Source: Octopus bimaculoides (taxonomy: Eukaryota). From it: a stretch of DNA of 64,000 nt. The notes beneath the pieces are model-generated. The model saw nothing but the letters and a program-made list of their open reading frames with translations. It made no database searches and was not told where the DNA came from. Where the stretch lies: positions 57,228,642-57,292,641 of the forward strand of contig NC_068984.1 in the NCBI RefSeq assembly GCF_001194135.2, read 5' to 3'. This document shows positions 1 through 13,603 of the stretch, in pieces (position 1 is the stretch's first letter; each line of letters opens with the position of its first letter). A program made the translations under genes and the position numbers.

Positions 1-199
1 TTATTACTGCTCTTTATAGAAAACAGTTTCATTGAAACTTTTTGCTGTTATTTCTCACAGTCATTCCTGTCTAATTTGTCATTGAAATGTTATCTGAAAC
101 TAAATAGGGAACCTCTACTTGGTTACTCTATCTGTTAGAAACAATAGCTAAATCATTCTTGAATTAAGGCCTATTGTCATGAATGTTTGGTAATGACTG

Positions 200-590
200 A
201 AAGAATATGATCATGAATACAAGTGGTCAGAATGGGATTCTTATGAAGAATCTGTGGGGTAACATTACTCAACAGTGTGCATAGCAAGGAGTCTTTCCAG
301 GTCAAGTCACTAATCTCCATTGAGAGGTCACAGCTCCAGTACTACAGACTTGTAATTAGAATGTTGCAGGAAAGAATTCCAATACAGATTTTTTAAGCCA
401 AGCCAACTGGCAAGAGACCAAGTATGAGATGGTTTGATAATAACCATAGTCCCTGTTGATCACATTTGGTCATCCAGATGAAAGTCCAATGACAGTTGTT
501 TCTGACAGGAATCCCTGTTGGAAGTGCCTGAAGACTCTACCTCCATCACCCTCCTAGGAGAAGATCGATGGAAGGATGGGTATCTTAAAG
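200..590 (+). mobile_element. Degenerate RTE-clade LINE, ORF C-terminal fragment
   Basis: Broken + frame reads approximately ERSQLQYYRLVIRMLQERIPIQIF*AKPTGKRP...RWFDN, resembling the RTE C-terminus (LRWYGHVMRM...KPxGKRPRGRPRxRW). Contains stops and deletions. Confidence 0.6.
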
Positions 591-701
591 TGGCAGAGAC
601 GCATTGCATAATGTAAATCTAGATGCATAATAACCATGAAAAGGACAAGATAGTCATAGTTTGAATACCTTAATCTTGAACTAAACAATAACATGACAAC
701 A

Positions 702-1108
702 CTCTTTTACTCTTTTACTTGTTTCAGTCATTTGACTGTGGTCATGCTGGGGCACCGCCTTTAGTCGAGCAGATCGACCCCAGGACTTATTCTTTGTAAG
801 CCTAGTACTTATTCTATCGGCCTCTTTTTGCCGAACCACTAAGTTACGGGCACGTAAACACACCAGCAACGGTTGTCAAGCGATATTGGGAGGACAAACA
901 CAGACACACAAACATATACACACACACACACATATACATATATACGACGGGCTTCTTTCAGTTTCCATCTACCAAATCCACTCACAAGGCTTTGGTCGGC
1001 CCGAGGCTATAGTAGAAGACACTTGCCCAAGGTGCCACACAGTGGGACTGAACCCGGAACCATGTGGTTAGTAAGCAAGCTACTTACCACACAGCCACTC
1101 CTGTGCCT
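702..1108 (-). mobile_element. tRNA-derived SINE, family A (CORE-like CCTTGGGCAAGTG block, internal CA/TA microsatellite)
   Basis: Minus strand begins AGGCACAGGAGTGGCTGTGTGGTAAG (A box) ... GGTTCAGTCCC (B box), then GGCACCTTGGGCAAGTG, and ends TGACTGAAACAAGTAAAAGAGT. The same sequence recurs at 7.2, 13.6, 28.3, 40.2, 55.3 and 58.0 kb. Confidence 0.85.
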
Positions 1109-1237
1109 ATAACAGTTTATCTTTATTGAAAAATTAAAAAGGACCACTGATAAGCTTATTGAAACAAATGAGAAAGTTCTAGTGAAACAAAATTATTTTA
1201 ACAGTATTTTGTGGCATAGAAACTCAAAAATTTATTC

Positions 1238-1439
1238 TGTACGAATACTTTTTTCACCCCTAAATATTTATATTTGTATATAAATTCATTAGTTACTATA
1301 ATTTATTAGTTTCTTTTGCATATTCTTAGTTTATGTATGTGTATGCAAATATAGTTTTGGTATATCCCATTTATGTTCATTAGAAATTAAATAAATAAAG
1401 AATTTTGACATGTACGAATATTTATTTCCCCCCACTGTA
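1238..1439. mobile_element. Possible Tc1-like terminal remnant (IR/DR-type end)
   Basis: TGTACGAATACTTTTTTCACCCC (1238-1260) and TGTACGAATATTTATTTCCCCCCACTG+TA (1411-1439) are two similar units 173 bp apart. The end reads ...CACTG|TA, like Tc1 CAGTG termini with a TA target site. Confidence 0.35.
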
Positions 1440-2302
1440 TGTGGTTGTTAAATTAAGGTTATCATTTTCAAACTAGTTTAAGAATAACTACTTAACAGGG
1501 ACCTAATATAGAGAGTAGAGTAGGTCGAATTGTATTGAACTTCAAGTTTCACCTGACAGTACCTTTTCATTTCATTTATTTATTTACTTAATTAACTCTA
1601 CTCATTGTAATGCACTTTGTTTATTTTCTCATTTATTTTACTGTTTATTTTTGTACCTATTTTGGGGAAATAAAATTTAAAGTATTCGTTAAAAAGTGGG
1701 CAGAAATATCTGAGAAGAAGAAAAAAAAAGTAATGGAGAATGCAATAGTATGTACATAAAGGATAGACATTTAATGAATGAAATCCATTTTATATAAGAT
1801 TTGGTGAGTCAACCAAATATATCATGCTGAATGCAAGACTTCAATGAAAGTGATTAAATTTATAGAATTGACAAAATTTTACTCCTTTCTCATCCACTAT
1901 CTGTATAGATGTGTCAATAATGTTTATATCTTTATAAGCATATATCTTATAATGATTTGAAGTGTAGATTCTGTGAAAGACTGTCACATAAAGGTAAATA
2001 ATTTGAGCTTTCTCTACTCTCCATTTATATAGCATGTTTTTTTCTCCTGTACATGTGCCAATGACGTGCTCATGATTTTAGACTTGTGAACAAGTTATTT
2101 TGCGTAAATAAGATCGATTGTCATCCAGAACAAGTTTGGTTAGTATGACACCAGCCTAGTTGGCCTGGCTGGCTGGCTGCTGGCGTTGACCTGTTGAATA
2201 CCACAGCAAGTGGAATTACTTAATATGGATGACAGCAGACACTGTTACATCTTTCTTTCTTTTATGCATGCTGTTCGTTTATTTTGTTCATTTTGTAAAT
2301 AG

Positions 2303-2308
2303 GCAATG
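2303..2308 (+). CDS. Candidate micro-exon or end of a first exon supplying ATG (phase 0)
   Basis: TTTTGTTCATTTTGTAAATAG|GCAATG|GTGAGT: pyrimidine-rich acceptor, 6 nt ending in ATG, near-consensus donor. Lies in non-repetitive sequence. Phase-compatible with 47659. Confidence 0.3.
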
Positions 2309-3142
2309 GTGAGTCACTGTTTCAATGTTGCATTGTGATGACGAAGAATTGCAATTTCTTTATCAGCAGCTAAGTGTGAAAGAAATACGGTTACATTTAA
2401 TAATTCTATTACTTTGGTAATAAATTATTTGCTGTAGGACAAGGCTTTCTAAACTGTGAGATAGAGATATGTTCATTACAAATTGTGCCAGAATTGATAT
2501 GACTCAGAGATCCCAGCCAGTCAGACAGTATAAAATGAAAAAAGAATAATAATAATTTCTCTATTCAGATGAAGGTCAAATACATTTGAGGTGGTGTGTA
2601 GCTGATTGGGTGTAATTCTTTCATTGAAAGCAATGATTGCTATCTGGATTTGAACTTCGTGTTGTAGCTAAATTCTTTCACTTATTCTTTGTTCAACATT
2701 TCATTTTTGTTTTGTTTGAAAGAAATTCCCTTTTTTGGTGGGTGGGAAGGTTTACAAGTCAAAAAAGAATCTAGTCCATATAACACTCCTTAGTAGAATT
2801 TAATGGCAAATATTTTACCAAGCTTTACAGTAGTCAATTGGCAGAATCATTAAAGTATCAGACAAAAGCCTGCAGTAGCTAGTTACAGTATTGTGTATAC
2901 TGAATTCAAATACCACAGCTGAGGTTAGTTTTGCCTTTCATTTATCTGCAGTCAGTAAAATGGAGTACCAGTTAAATTACTGGGTTGATTTTATGCACCT
3001 ATAAAGCATCCTAAATGTGAATAGAATTATAATACAAGATATATCTACAGAAATGAAAAGCAGTTAGTCTAAGCAAAAATAAGATATAACCCAAATGGTA
3101 AATATTAAAGATTAATGAATGAAAAAGAAACAGTATTAATGA

Positions 3143-3358
3143 TAATCCTTTCTACTATAGGCACAAGGCCTGAAATTTTGGGGGAGGTAACCTGTCAATT
3201 ACATCAACTCCAGTACATAATTGGTAGTTAATTTATCAACCCCGAAAGGATGAAGGGCAAAGTTAACCCCAGCAGCATTTGAACTCAGAACATGAAGACA
3301 GACAAAATACTGCTGAGTATTTCGCCTGGTGTGCTAACAATTCTGCCAGCTCACTGCC

Positions 3359-3411
<53 letters not shown>

Positions 3412-3480
3412 CCTTTCTTCTAAAGGCACAAGGCCTGGAATTTTGTGGAAAGGAACCAGTTAGTTACATCGACCTTTGTG
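3143..3480 (-). mobile_element. tRNA-derived SINE, family B (Meta-domain-like), plus a second 3' fragment after (TAA)n
   Basis: Minus strand AAGGCAGTGAGCTGGCAGAATTGTTAGCAC...GAGTTCAAAT...TTTGCCCTTCATCCTTTCGGGGTTGATAAATTAA matches the recurring family-B consensus. (TAA)n at 3360-3411. Confidence 0.8.
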
Positions 3481-3657
3481 GAATTTGAACAATAATAATA
3501 GTAATAATGATGATTATGATGATCACAATTACAATCTTATTACTTATAATTATGATGATGACTCGAGGAGATAATTGACCAGGTGCTTTCAAGATGCCCT
3601 GCACAAACGTGTACTGAATATCAAATTACACAGATATAACAGAGAGGCTAACTATTT

Positions 3658-3720
3658 ATGTATTTACACAGTAAAATCTACAAATGCTACCAGATACCCA
3701 CCAGAAAAAGAAAACCTTTG
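3658..3720 (+). CDS. Candidate alternative first coding exon (MYLHSKIYKCYQIPTRKRKPL|)
   Basis: Consensus donor TTG|GTAAGT at 3720/3721 and an open phase-0 frame from ATG 3658, in non-repetitive sequence. A phase-1 reading from ATG 3684 is also possible. Confidence 0.25.
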
Positions 3721-5241
3721 GTAAGTTAGCATATCAAAACAGTGCTGCTGATAAGGCTAAAAACTTTTTAATAATGCTGAAAAATTTTCCAAATACATGA
3801 GGTATCAAACAAGTGGGCTATAGTGGTACATGACTGCTATATCCAGAATACTTGAAGCATTGGTTGTGATAATAAGAAAGGAAATGTTCAAAACAATAGA
3901 ATTTTCTTTATACAATTTGATGACCTTAAGCTTTTCAGCATGCACTCGTAAGTTCATATTTTGTGTGGGAGGTTGAATACTGATGTGTTTTACCAATGTA
4001 GAACTTTACTGATATCTTTGAATTTTAGTCATTGTCATTAAACCTCAGGTAAGCCCTGATCAAAGTAACCTATGATAAAAGTAAGGCCTGCTCCAGAGTA
4101 TTCAGTATCTTAATCTAGCCCTACAATATGCACTCACTTCTTCAATTTTTTTTTATACAACTTCCTCCAGCCATCACCCTTTTACACCAGCTGAAAAATT
4201 ATAACTAACTTGCAGTGAAAATAGAATCATCTTTGATAATACTGGATAAATAGGTTTATCTCACAATCTTCAAATCTATTTATTCAATGCTATTGAAGAG
4301 AATTTCATTTTTTTGTCCTAAGAAATGTTCTGTCCAAAGCTTTAACACTTGTCAACCTCACAACATACAAACTTGTTCAAATTTGCTGGCCTTATTGATT
4401 TTTGTTGAAGCAAACCATCACCTTGAACTCTGATTTGTTTTGTAGTCTTTGTGTCTCCGTAAAGACCATTGTACATTTTTTTTTTTCATTCTAAGCTGTC
4501 ATAACATTCTATAAGTATTATTTTTGTTATGTATATGCCCTAGTTTCTCTTTCAAAATACCTCCCACTATTAAAATAAATTGGAACGCTAGAAAAAACAT
4601 GAGTTACTTGGTATATTATTGCATATTTTCTGCTGTGTCTCATGTAGAGTACAACATCCTAAGTAAGATGAAGATATGTTAAGTAAAGTGAGTTTAGTTG
4701 CCAAGTTCAATTAATGTACAGGAAGGCGAAAGCACATGCTTAGCATCTTGGTTCAGTGAAAGGAAACACTAAATAAATTTTCTTTCTAAAATATCTGGTA
4801 ACAATTTATCAATTAAATTACCGAAAGGAAATTATACAGTTGTTTCTCCTTGCATAAAAGAAACAATTTTCTGAATGACTCTCCACAATTATGTTTATCA
4901 AGTGTTGGGTTATTTAGTCTTTCTGCAAGAGTGGTTTTATCAAGTCTCTTTTATTTTCTATTTCCTTTCTGAATTGCTGTTTGATGCTCTTCATGTTCTC
5001 ATTATAACAAAAGATTAATAGTTAATAAAACATAATGAAGACCACATGATTAAAATAGAAAGGTAAACATCCTTGGTAAGCATTTGGTTCTTAATTAGTT
5101 TTATTCAAACTTTCAACGCACATTTTATTCAGACTCTCAACACACATGCAAATAAGTGAACAGGTGATGATTCACTTGTATAATTAAGTTACACATACAT
5201 GTAAAATATGTGATCTTTCAGATGCTTTTCAAAATAGAGAT

Positions 5242-5464
5242 TTTACCCTTTAATATTCAGATTACTCTATCAAATGTAATGATTATTCCTTCACATTGTT
5301 TTGAATTAATCCTGCATTATCTTGAAGATAATAAGGATGTGATTATTTAGTTTTAGAATGACATTGTAGGGTAGGTTTGAGAGGCTAGAACCAGTCAGCT
5401 TGATCATAAAACAGATAGAATATTTGGACCAGATATGACCAGTTTAAAGGCTAAAGGGGTAAAA
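5242..5464 (+). mobile_element. piggyBac-like MITE (copy 1 of 6)
   Basis: Ends TTTACCCTTTAATATTCAG ... AAGGCTAAAGGGGTAAAA. Internal sequence is shared with copies at 40.5, 43.7, 51.4, 57.6 and 62.7 kb. Confidence 0.65.
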
Positions 5465-5499
5465 TACAATTAACAAGTAAAGCTGCACCTTGGACATTT

Positions 5500-5695
5500 G
5501 TGTGTGTGTGTTCCTTGTGTTGACATAATGTGATGATTGTAAACAAGCATCATACAAATGATGGTTCTCATTTCCAGTATTCCATGAAAAACATGTCTGT
5601 CCATGGGGAAATATTGTCTTGCTTGGAAATAGATGAGATTTGGATACAGGAAGGGCATCTGACTGTAGAAACGTTGTATCCAATAACTTTTGTCT
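5500..5695 (+). repeat. Dispersed SINE/LINE-tail repeat fragment
   Basis: Ends in AGGAAGGGCATCTGACTGTAGAAAC, the motif shared with the RTE-type 3' tails elsewhere in the window. Confidence 0.5.
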
Positions 5696-6657
5696 AAGCC
5701 GAGGAGGAGGAGGATTGTGTGTGTGTTCACATTCACTGGGTTCTTCTGACACAATATAAATTGTTTTTTTCTTAAATAGATAATTCAAGCACTATTCAAT
5801 ATTAACTTCATGACTTTACCATTGCAATAGCTTACTGCAATGTTTTTCAGTAATTTTTTTTGAAATTACCTTAATTTACAGCAAGCACACCTACTAAATT
5901 TTCTCCAACTTTCACAATTTGGAAAAAAAGGTTTTGTAAGGGATTATAATACTATCCATGTATAAGAAACTCCCTTATTTTTTTAACCTAACTTTTGATA
6001 AAAAAGGGTTCTTTATACATGTTAAAAGATGGTAATTTCAGCTGTGACCACCCAGTCTTTTGGTATATCTGCAAATATATGGCTTATTGTGTCCTTCCTG
6101 TTTTTAAAATGACAATGTGATATGAGTGTACTTGGCTGTTATTTCTAGCAGAGCAAACAACCATGTTAAAATTGCTCCTTTTAGTAAGTTTCAGCACAGA
6201 TGTTTAAACTATTTATTAGGCTGTTGATGAATGTTTAAAGGTTTTTGCATAATATAATGTCTATCAAATTGTATCTGAATTGTCTTTTCTTCTTGATGGA
6301 GCTGCAGTATGGTATATCTGTTGTAAGTTTGTTTTCAGCCTGTGTTTCTGTTTTAAATCTAAAGATTAAAATGAATTCCAAAGAAGCTTTTCAGTTAATC
6401 CTTTCTCTAGTAAATTAGTTTTTTTTTATTTATTTTTTCCCCTCTTTGTTTTACTCATTCTTTCAACTTTCCCATTCTCTTTTCCTCTATATCTGCTTCA
6501 TCTTTCTCCCTCCTTCCATCTCTCTCTCTCCAATTGTGCATGATTTCTTGATAAAATAGACTAATAGAGTTTGTTTAGAGGAATGATAGGCAGATCTACG
6601 TAGCATTGCTGATTACTTTCCCATTTAAATGCCATATTTTTGCCGTCCTCTTTATAT

Positions 6658-6696
6658 NNNNNNNNNNNNNNNNNNNNNNNNNNNNNNNNNNNNNNN
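6658..6696. other. Assembly gap (others: 21314-21323, 37605-37893, 56231-56455, 60704-60823, 63508-63579)
   Basis: Runs of N, mostly next to (TA)n tracts or inside RTE tails. Confidence 0.99.
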
Positions 6697-7192
6697 TATA
6701 TATATATATATATATATATTCTGCTTAATTATTTTATGGCATTTTATCTGCTTTGCTCACTGTACTAGCAATTTATCATATTTCAACTTGATATAATATT
6801 ATATCAGACATCAAATTGTCTTCTTTCTAAAACTTACCCCCCGCCCCCAGTATATATCCTAAAGCTGTTGAAGCAACTTCACTTAGAATAAAGGGTTTGC
6901 ATATATTTGTTTGCTTTTTAAATCTTTCTCTTCATTCCTTTCCCCCCATTTAATTGGCATCTGAAATGTAATGCTTTCTGTATATTATCTGTTTCTTTTA
7001 CTCCATGTTTACAAAATGGGATCACATTTTTTTTCTTTTTTATTGGCTGTGACCTTTTAAGGGACAAAATAGGAACTATAGAGAATTTACTCTCTACTAG
7101 TCACTTTTAATTTTGAGTAAGCTATATTGATGAATTCTAATCAAGTGTATGTCCCTGTGATATTATTTATGAGTCATAATAATATCTTTTAT

Positions 7193-7575
7193 CTTTTACT
7201 TATTTCAATCATTAGACTGTAGTCATGCTGGGCACCACCTTAGAGAGTTTTTTTAGTCAAATGAATCAATCCCAGTACTTATTTTTTAAAACCTGATACT
7301 TATTCTATTGGTTTCTTTCGCTGAACTGTCAAGTTATAGAGACGTAAATACACAAGCACCTGCTGATAAGCAATGGTGGGAGATAAACACATACACACAC
7401 TTGTGTGTGTGTGTCAGGTTTTTTTCAGTTTCCATCTACCAAATCGACTCACAAGGTTTTGGTTGGTCTGTGGCTATAATAAAACGCACTTGTCCTAGAT
7501 GCCATGCAATGGGACTGAACCTGGAACTATGTGGCTGGGAAGCAAGTTTCTTACCACACAGCCATATCTGCTCCT
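7193..7575 (-). mobile_element. SINE family A, older diverged copy
   Basis: Collinear with 702-1108 but with many substitutions. Confidence 0.8.
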
Positions 7576-7769
7576 ATCTTGTTAGAATAAGTACAAAGTT
7601 ACACCATCATAAATGATATTTTAATCTAACATTTTAAAATTTGACTTTGACCTTCTCATTTTTTTAATTAAGGCTTTAACTTTCTCAGTCTCTGATATTA
7701 ATTTTGAATGGAATTTGGCTGCTTTTGCCAATCTTGATATTTTCTGAAAAGAAGCCTCTGTGTAGTCAC

Positions 7770-7925
7770 TCCAGCTACTAGAAATAGCAGCTAAATTCCC
7801 TCCATATCAAATTATACCATCTTAGAAAAGAACACATTGGATAAGGTATGTGTGCATGAGTGGGAAAATACTAGATGGTCATTCCTTGAATGTTTTTGAT
7901 AACAGGCTTACATGATCATGCTGAC
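7770..7925. repeat. Abundant unclassified repeat of about 200 bp (motifs GGAGATTTGGCTGCTATTTCTAGCAGG and CCAGGTCAGCCCTGATCnAGCAGACCTATGATC)
   Basis: Diverged copies or fragments near 0.13, 4.05, 6.13, 7.8, 12.2, 13.3, 16.55, 18.8, 29.55, 38.75, 39.8, 40.9, 41.6, 42.8, 52.8, 53.2 and 57.5 kb, in both orientations. Confidence 0.7.
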
Positions 7926-9112
7926 CTAGAGAAAAATATCAAAAATTTTTCTCCTTGATTTTTTTTTTTTCTGTGTGCAAAGTTTGACAATCTATTAATT
8001 TTACCATCATACTACATTTTACAAAATCCTGTTTTATCTTGTATGAAAATTACACAGCTTGTGATAATTTTACTCTTATTTCTATGGGAAGATAACAGCT
8101 ACAGAGATTTCTAATTTTGTTCTTCACATTTTAAAGAACAAAATATCAGAGCTGGGTTTTTCTTCCTGCCTTTTCTAAAGGCTTTTAGCAATGTAAGTGA
8201 AGTGACATAATTAAGACTGGGAGTTTAAGTTGAGTTGTGGACCCAGCTTACTGGAAATCCTATTTTTCTGTATATGTATGTGTATGTGTGTGTTTACCTT
8301 ACTTCACTGTCTCACTTAAATCCCAAATGATTTAATTTGTTATCTTGACATAGTTTATAACAAATCAATTTTCACAAGAAAATGTATCTTTGAATGTAAA
8401 TTAGTATCATGTATATTCATAACATTATGAGACAAGTCTAGTTTGTGAAACTAATTATATGCATAACAAAGGCAAAATTAGTGGAAATGACATGGTTACA
8501 ATACTAAATGCTGGCATGACACTAGTTTTTCATCTGATACATACACACTATTAATGGGTGTATTTGTATTAAAATAAGAACTGAAATTATTATTTGGTTG
8601 ATAGGCTTTATCACACATTTGTTTAATTAATTACTTGATCATCTCTCTCCTTGCCATTAATAATTGCCTTATTTCTTATACTTGGAACTATGATAAACAC
8701 ACTTTCACACTTCTTTTTGCATGTCCACCTAACAACTGAGGGCTTGAAAGCTGAAACTTTGGTAGGTTATGTGGAAAAACTCCAAATTGATCAGGTCATC
8801 ACCACCATCATTGTCATCAAACATGCATCACCAACCCTTTTGGTCATTTCTCAAGACATACAAGGACACAGTGTAGCTCTTCTAAAACCAGGATACACCT
8901 GGTATCCAAAATTGATCAGATATATAGATGAGTTAATTAGCAACATGTTAAGCTCATATCAGAAAATAATAGCTTTTTACTTTTGTTAAAACACCTGCCT
9001 AGGCAACTCTTTCTTTCAAAAGAAATCAGTAGATATTACTTTATAATTTAATTCCTTTTCTTCATCTTTCTCTCTTGTTATACACATGCATGTGCACACA
9101 CACACACGCACA

Positions 9113-9153
<41 letters not shown>

Positions 9154-9579
9154 AATGATGCTTATATATATATGTGTGTGTGTGTGTGACTGTGTATGTG
9201 CACATGCTTGTATACTTATACACAAATAGTATATCTTAAGTTTCAGTAAATTTCCAATGTTTTAATGTGTTTTGGAGTAATACAGAATATACTTCAAACA
9301 CTTTTCAAAAGATATGTATTTCTTTGTGAAGTAGATATTACTCGATATTCCATTTTTGGTAGTTATCTGACTGTCAGTCAACATCAGCTTGAGTAGTTCT
9401 TTTATTGAGAATAATTGAACGTTTACAGTCTTTGCTAGAAGATAAGAAAAGAGAAAAACTTTTCAGGTGATGAAGAGGCTTTCTCTTTGATTTTTACATA
9501 TTTTGCTCAAAGCTTTGATTGGATATAACTGTTGATTCTTGACATAATAAATTGATTCAGGTTTGCATTCTGCAGAATA

Positions 9580-11370
9580 TCATGATGATTGTGAAGGAGG
9601 TCAGGATTTTTTAGGTCAAACTTTATTCAGATTCACTCTATAGAATATGCATACATGTTGCTGTTGTACATGTTGTTTAGCCCCAAGTTAGCCTGGTTAA
9701 GAAGACTTATCATCAATGCACCACCATCTGGTCTTCGGGTATCTTTATTAGGGTTCCATTTTTGTTGCAAATATTCAGGCCAGGTTACCATTCTGAAGAT
9801 AAATTCCTTCAGTAACTCTGTCATAAATGAATTTTAAAGATTTTATCCATGACCATCTCATCGTTTTTTGCCAGTCACAGACTATCTAGGACTACATTTT
9901 TAAATATGACCTTTAAAACAACAAAATTAAGGGAAATTTGCCATCTGATTCTAGCATAAAAGGTCCTTCATGATTTGGGTAAAAGAAGTCAAGTGTAGTT
10001 TTATTTCATGCAAGGGACACTCAGATATATTCCATGGGTATACATATATGTAAAATAAGACAAAGTGTATTCACAATTTGTAAAGATTTCCCTAAGCATG
10101 ATAAAAAGATTTTTGGAGCAATTCTATACATACATCATAACAAGCCAGCCTGAAACCAGAAACTTCCATCACTGTGAAGAGTAAGTACTTTTTCCCCACT
10201 GACATTTCCTGCTCTCTGGATGCATGTTAGGGTCAACACATTCATTTAAGCCATGCTTTCCACTCTTGCACACATTTCAACATAATTATTAGAGAGCAGT
10301 TTCTCTCTCCACTTTCACCTTCTTCTCCAAATAGAACTTGAAGAAGTTGATGATGGCTTGGTCAAAGTAGAAAGTATTTGTCATCAGTCCTTTTAATCAT
10401 GTCCACCATCCACCTCTTTTTCCATGGACTAGAAAACTGCTTGTCCTTTCTGTCCAGAGGAAGCCTTCTTTAAGACAAAATTGGTTGATAGCTGGATCAA
10501 TTCTATATTCAACACCAGCTTTTCAGCATTGTGCCATGAGTCAGCAATGCTCAGACACTAAAAGTGTGCATGAGGAATAACATTGGTGCCCTATGCACAT
10601 GTAGAACAGGAATGGCTGATAGCACTTCTGTCCCTGTAGAGTTGTTCTTGAACCAACAATGAATCCCTGGCAGCAATGAGTGGTCAGGAATTTTGGAAAA
10701 TTATTCTTAATCCCTAGGCAGAAATCCTCTGGAATAGAAGAGCTAATTTCATCAGCACCCACAGTTTCTCCTAGAACACTGTCACACTTCCTTTCATTTA
10801 GTCTTCTATAGAATGCTAAATTCCACTGCCATGTTACCTGATTGCTTGAGAAGACTTTGAGCATTTGACAACAGTCCAGTTGTTGGGTGCCCAGACTTGG
10901 CTTTTGCTATACTTGGGACTGCAACTCTGTCAAAGAAACAAACTGTGGAAGCATAGTTTTACAAATAGTAACCATACCTGCTCACCATCCAGGAATCTCT
11001 GCAGATGGCATAACTTGAGCAGATCTCTATGCATTACCTGCCTTGATATACTGGGTCTGCTGTGCAAAAGGTGTTGACAAAAGATGGACTATCTGATCAG
11101 TGGTACATGGCCCTTTCAAAAGAAGTGAAAGTAGATACTTCAATCTGGTTATATAATAGAGAAATAATGAATATGTTCCCCACCTCTGCTTGATTTTTCA
11201 GGGTTAGCTTCCTTTCAGTCAGTTTCTAGTGAGCCTCATAACATTGCTCATAACTATTTCCTAGTTCAATGAGCCAGACCGCTAAGCAACTAATTAAACC
11301 ATTGGCCCAGTGCCCCATAACATTAGCTCTGCTCAGTGTGGACTTGCCTCTCCAGGTGCTACTTTTGTTG
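9580..11370 (-). mobile_element. Coding-like, heavily decayed stretch; possibly an LTR-retrotransposon pol remnant
   Basis: Higher GC, non-microsatellite sequence with several broken frames. Only faint resemblance to Ty3/Gypsy RNase H-integrase text, and no diagnostic motif is intact. Confidence 0.25.
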
Positions 11371-13603
11371 TTATTGTAGATGTATTCTATTTGCTCATTT
11401 TCACTTTACAGTGACTAATATAGCTGGTGATATCCCCTCCAGACTTTATTATGTGACCAGTCAACACTGTAAAACAACAATTATCAAATACAAACATTCT
11501 TAAACCTCCTCTGCTTCATTCATTTCCTCCTCTCTCCGTTAAGATTCTGTGTCTCTTGTTTCTTTACTATATCAGTTTGCCTGAAGCAACTCACACACTC
11601 TCTGTATATGTGTGTATGTGTTATATACACACACACATACACACATATATACACACATACATACACACACACACATATATATATATACATATACACACAC
11701 ATATATACACACACACATACACCTCCCTCAGTGTTTTTTTAATCTCTACCGCTACCTCTTTCTTTCTGTCACACTCTCTCCTACAGATATGCTTACAATC
11801 ACATACACAAGCCTTGCAGGCAGCTTTACACTATATAACAGGTGAGCAAGCCTACCTGTCTGAATGATCCCTTACCTGCTCTTAACTACCCCCATCCTCT
11901 TTTTACATACACACATTCTCTTTCTCTCTCACTCCCTTCAGTCTCCTCGCAGCTTTGTACATGCCTACATTGATTTATGTGGTCGGAACAGAAATTCCCT
12001 CACAATCCCTTTGTATATGTGGTGTTATTTCCTTCAATAACTGATAGGTAATTTTAATGGGTACAAGTAACCAAGGTAAATCAGACTGTGATGGACTTAC
12101 TCCAACACTTGACCAGGTAGGGAAACATTAATAGCATAACTTTTAGTTCTTTCGTCATTATTTTGCTTTTGCTTTGAAATTCTGTTTTTTTTTATTTTTG
12201 CACAATCATCAATAGTTGTATGGTCTGCTAGAAATAGCAACCAAATCTCCCTCAAAGTTACACTCTACCATCTAAGAAAAAAGAAAATGATACAACAGAA
12301 AATTTAGTCCTATATCTGATGAATAAGGCTGATCCAGAACTAAATGACAACACATCAACATAAGAAAGCGCACGCACACACACACCACAAATAATCGCAA
12401 GTCAGTATTTTGAACAATGTAATGTTTTATCACTATTACTTTTTATTTAAATTAAATTTTTTGTTTTTATTTTATTAGCTCTATTTATTCATCTTTATAT
12501 TTTTGAGAAGATATTTATATTTTACTTCTCAATGATCAATAGCTTATCATACAAAGATTTGGGTCACTTTTATTGTTATTCGTTTTATTTTTATATTTGT
12601 TTGTTTTTGTTTTTTAATTAAAAATGTTAATGTTTAATAATTGTATTTAGTATTCAGAGTATTTTTTATTACATCTCTTATTTCATGCACTTATTCTAAG
12701 AGTTTCTTTCTACTAAAATATTATGACTCAGTTTCTTCTAAGAAATAGAAAGTTTGTGACATTCATGCTGGGAATTGAAACCCTTTCACTGTTTTGGGCT
12801 TTTTATTCATTTATTTTTATTCTAAGGGTTAGCAGAGGCTGGAATTACTTTGAGAAATTATTTAGTTATTTACTTTCTATACTTTTATAATGTTTCTGTC
12901 TTTATTTTATATTTGCTTAAACCAGCTGGTGGTGGTAGCTATTTTGCTCAAAGCCAACCCCAATTGAAGAAACCTTTGATCACGGACATTCCAGCTGTGA
13001 CCATCCCATTTGGTATTGATATAAGATGTTCAGACAGATCTTTCAATGTGTCTTTTCCTGTTGTTTCTTTTTTCTCTTTTGTTTTTGAAGGCATGCAGCA
13101 TGATTTGAAAGTTGATTTTGATGCTATTTTTAGCAGATTAAATAACAAATAGAGACTCTTACATTAGCCATAATAAGATTTGTTTCTTTTTAAGCACCAA
13201 GCAGACGTATGATTATGAGTGTCCTGACTGTGAACACCTTGTTTTTGTATACCAGACATTACATTAGCCAATATATCCATATTTAGGTTGGGAGTGTAGT
13301 AATTTGAGGGAGATTTAGCTGTTATTACTAGGAATTGAGTGACTTCTAACTATAGTCATAATTATCAACTGTGATAAACAGTGACACCAGTATTGCAAGG
13401 AGCTGATATTTTACTATCCATTTTCTTTCACCACCTTTTTTGTTTTCATTGAATGTATTTTTACATGTTGACTCTATTTGTAAGGATAACAAAGTCACTG
13501 TTGAGCTTTCAATTTCTCTTGTGAGTACCTATGTTATATACGGGTAGCATATGGATGGATGCAAATGTGTTTCCACATGCACACACACATATGCGCATCT
13601 TTT

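Noticed and set aside
4040-4060. Apparent splice donor CAG|GTAAGC
   Set aside because: It lies inside the abundant CCAGGTCAGCCCTGATC repeat family, so it is repeat-derived.
8651-8989. 112-aa ORF
   Set aside because: Non-ATG start, no recognisable domain and no convincing splice sites.
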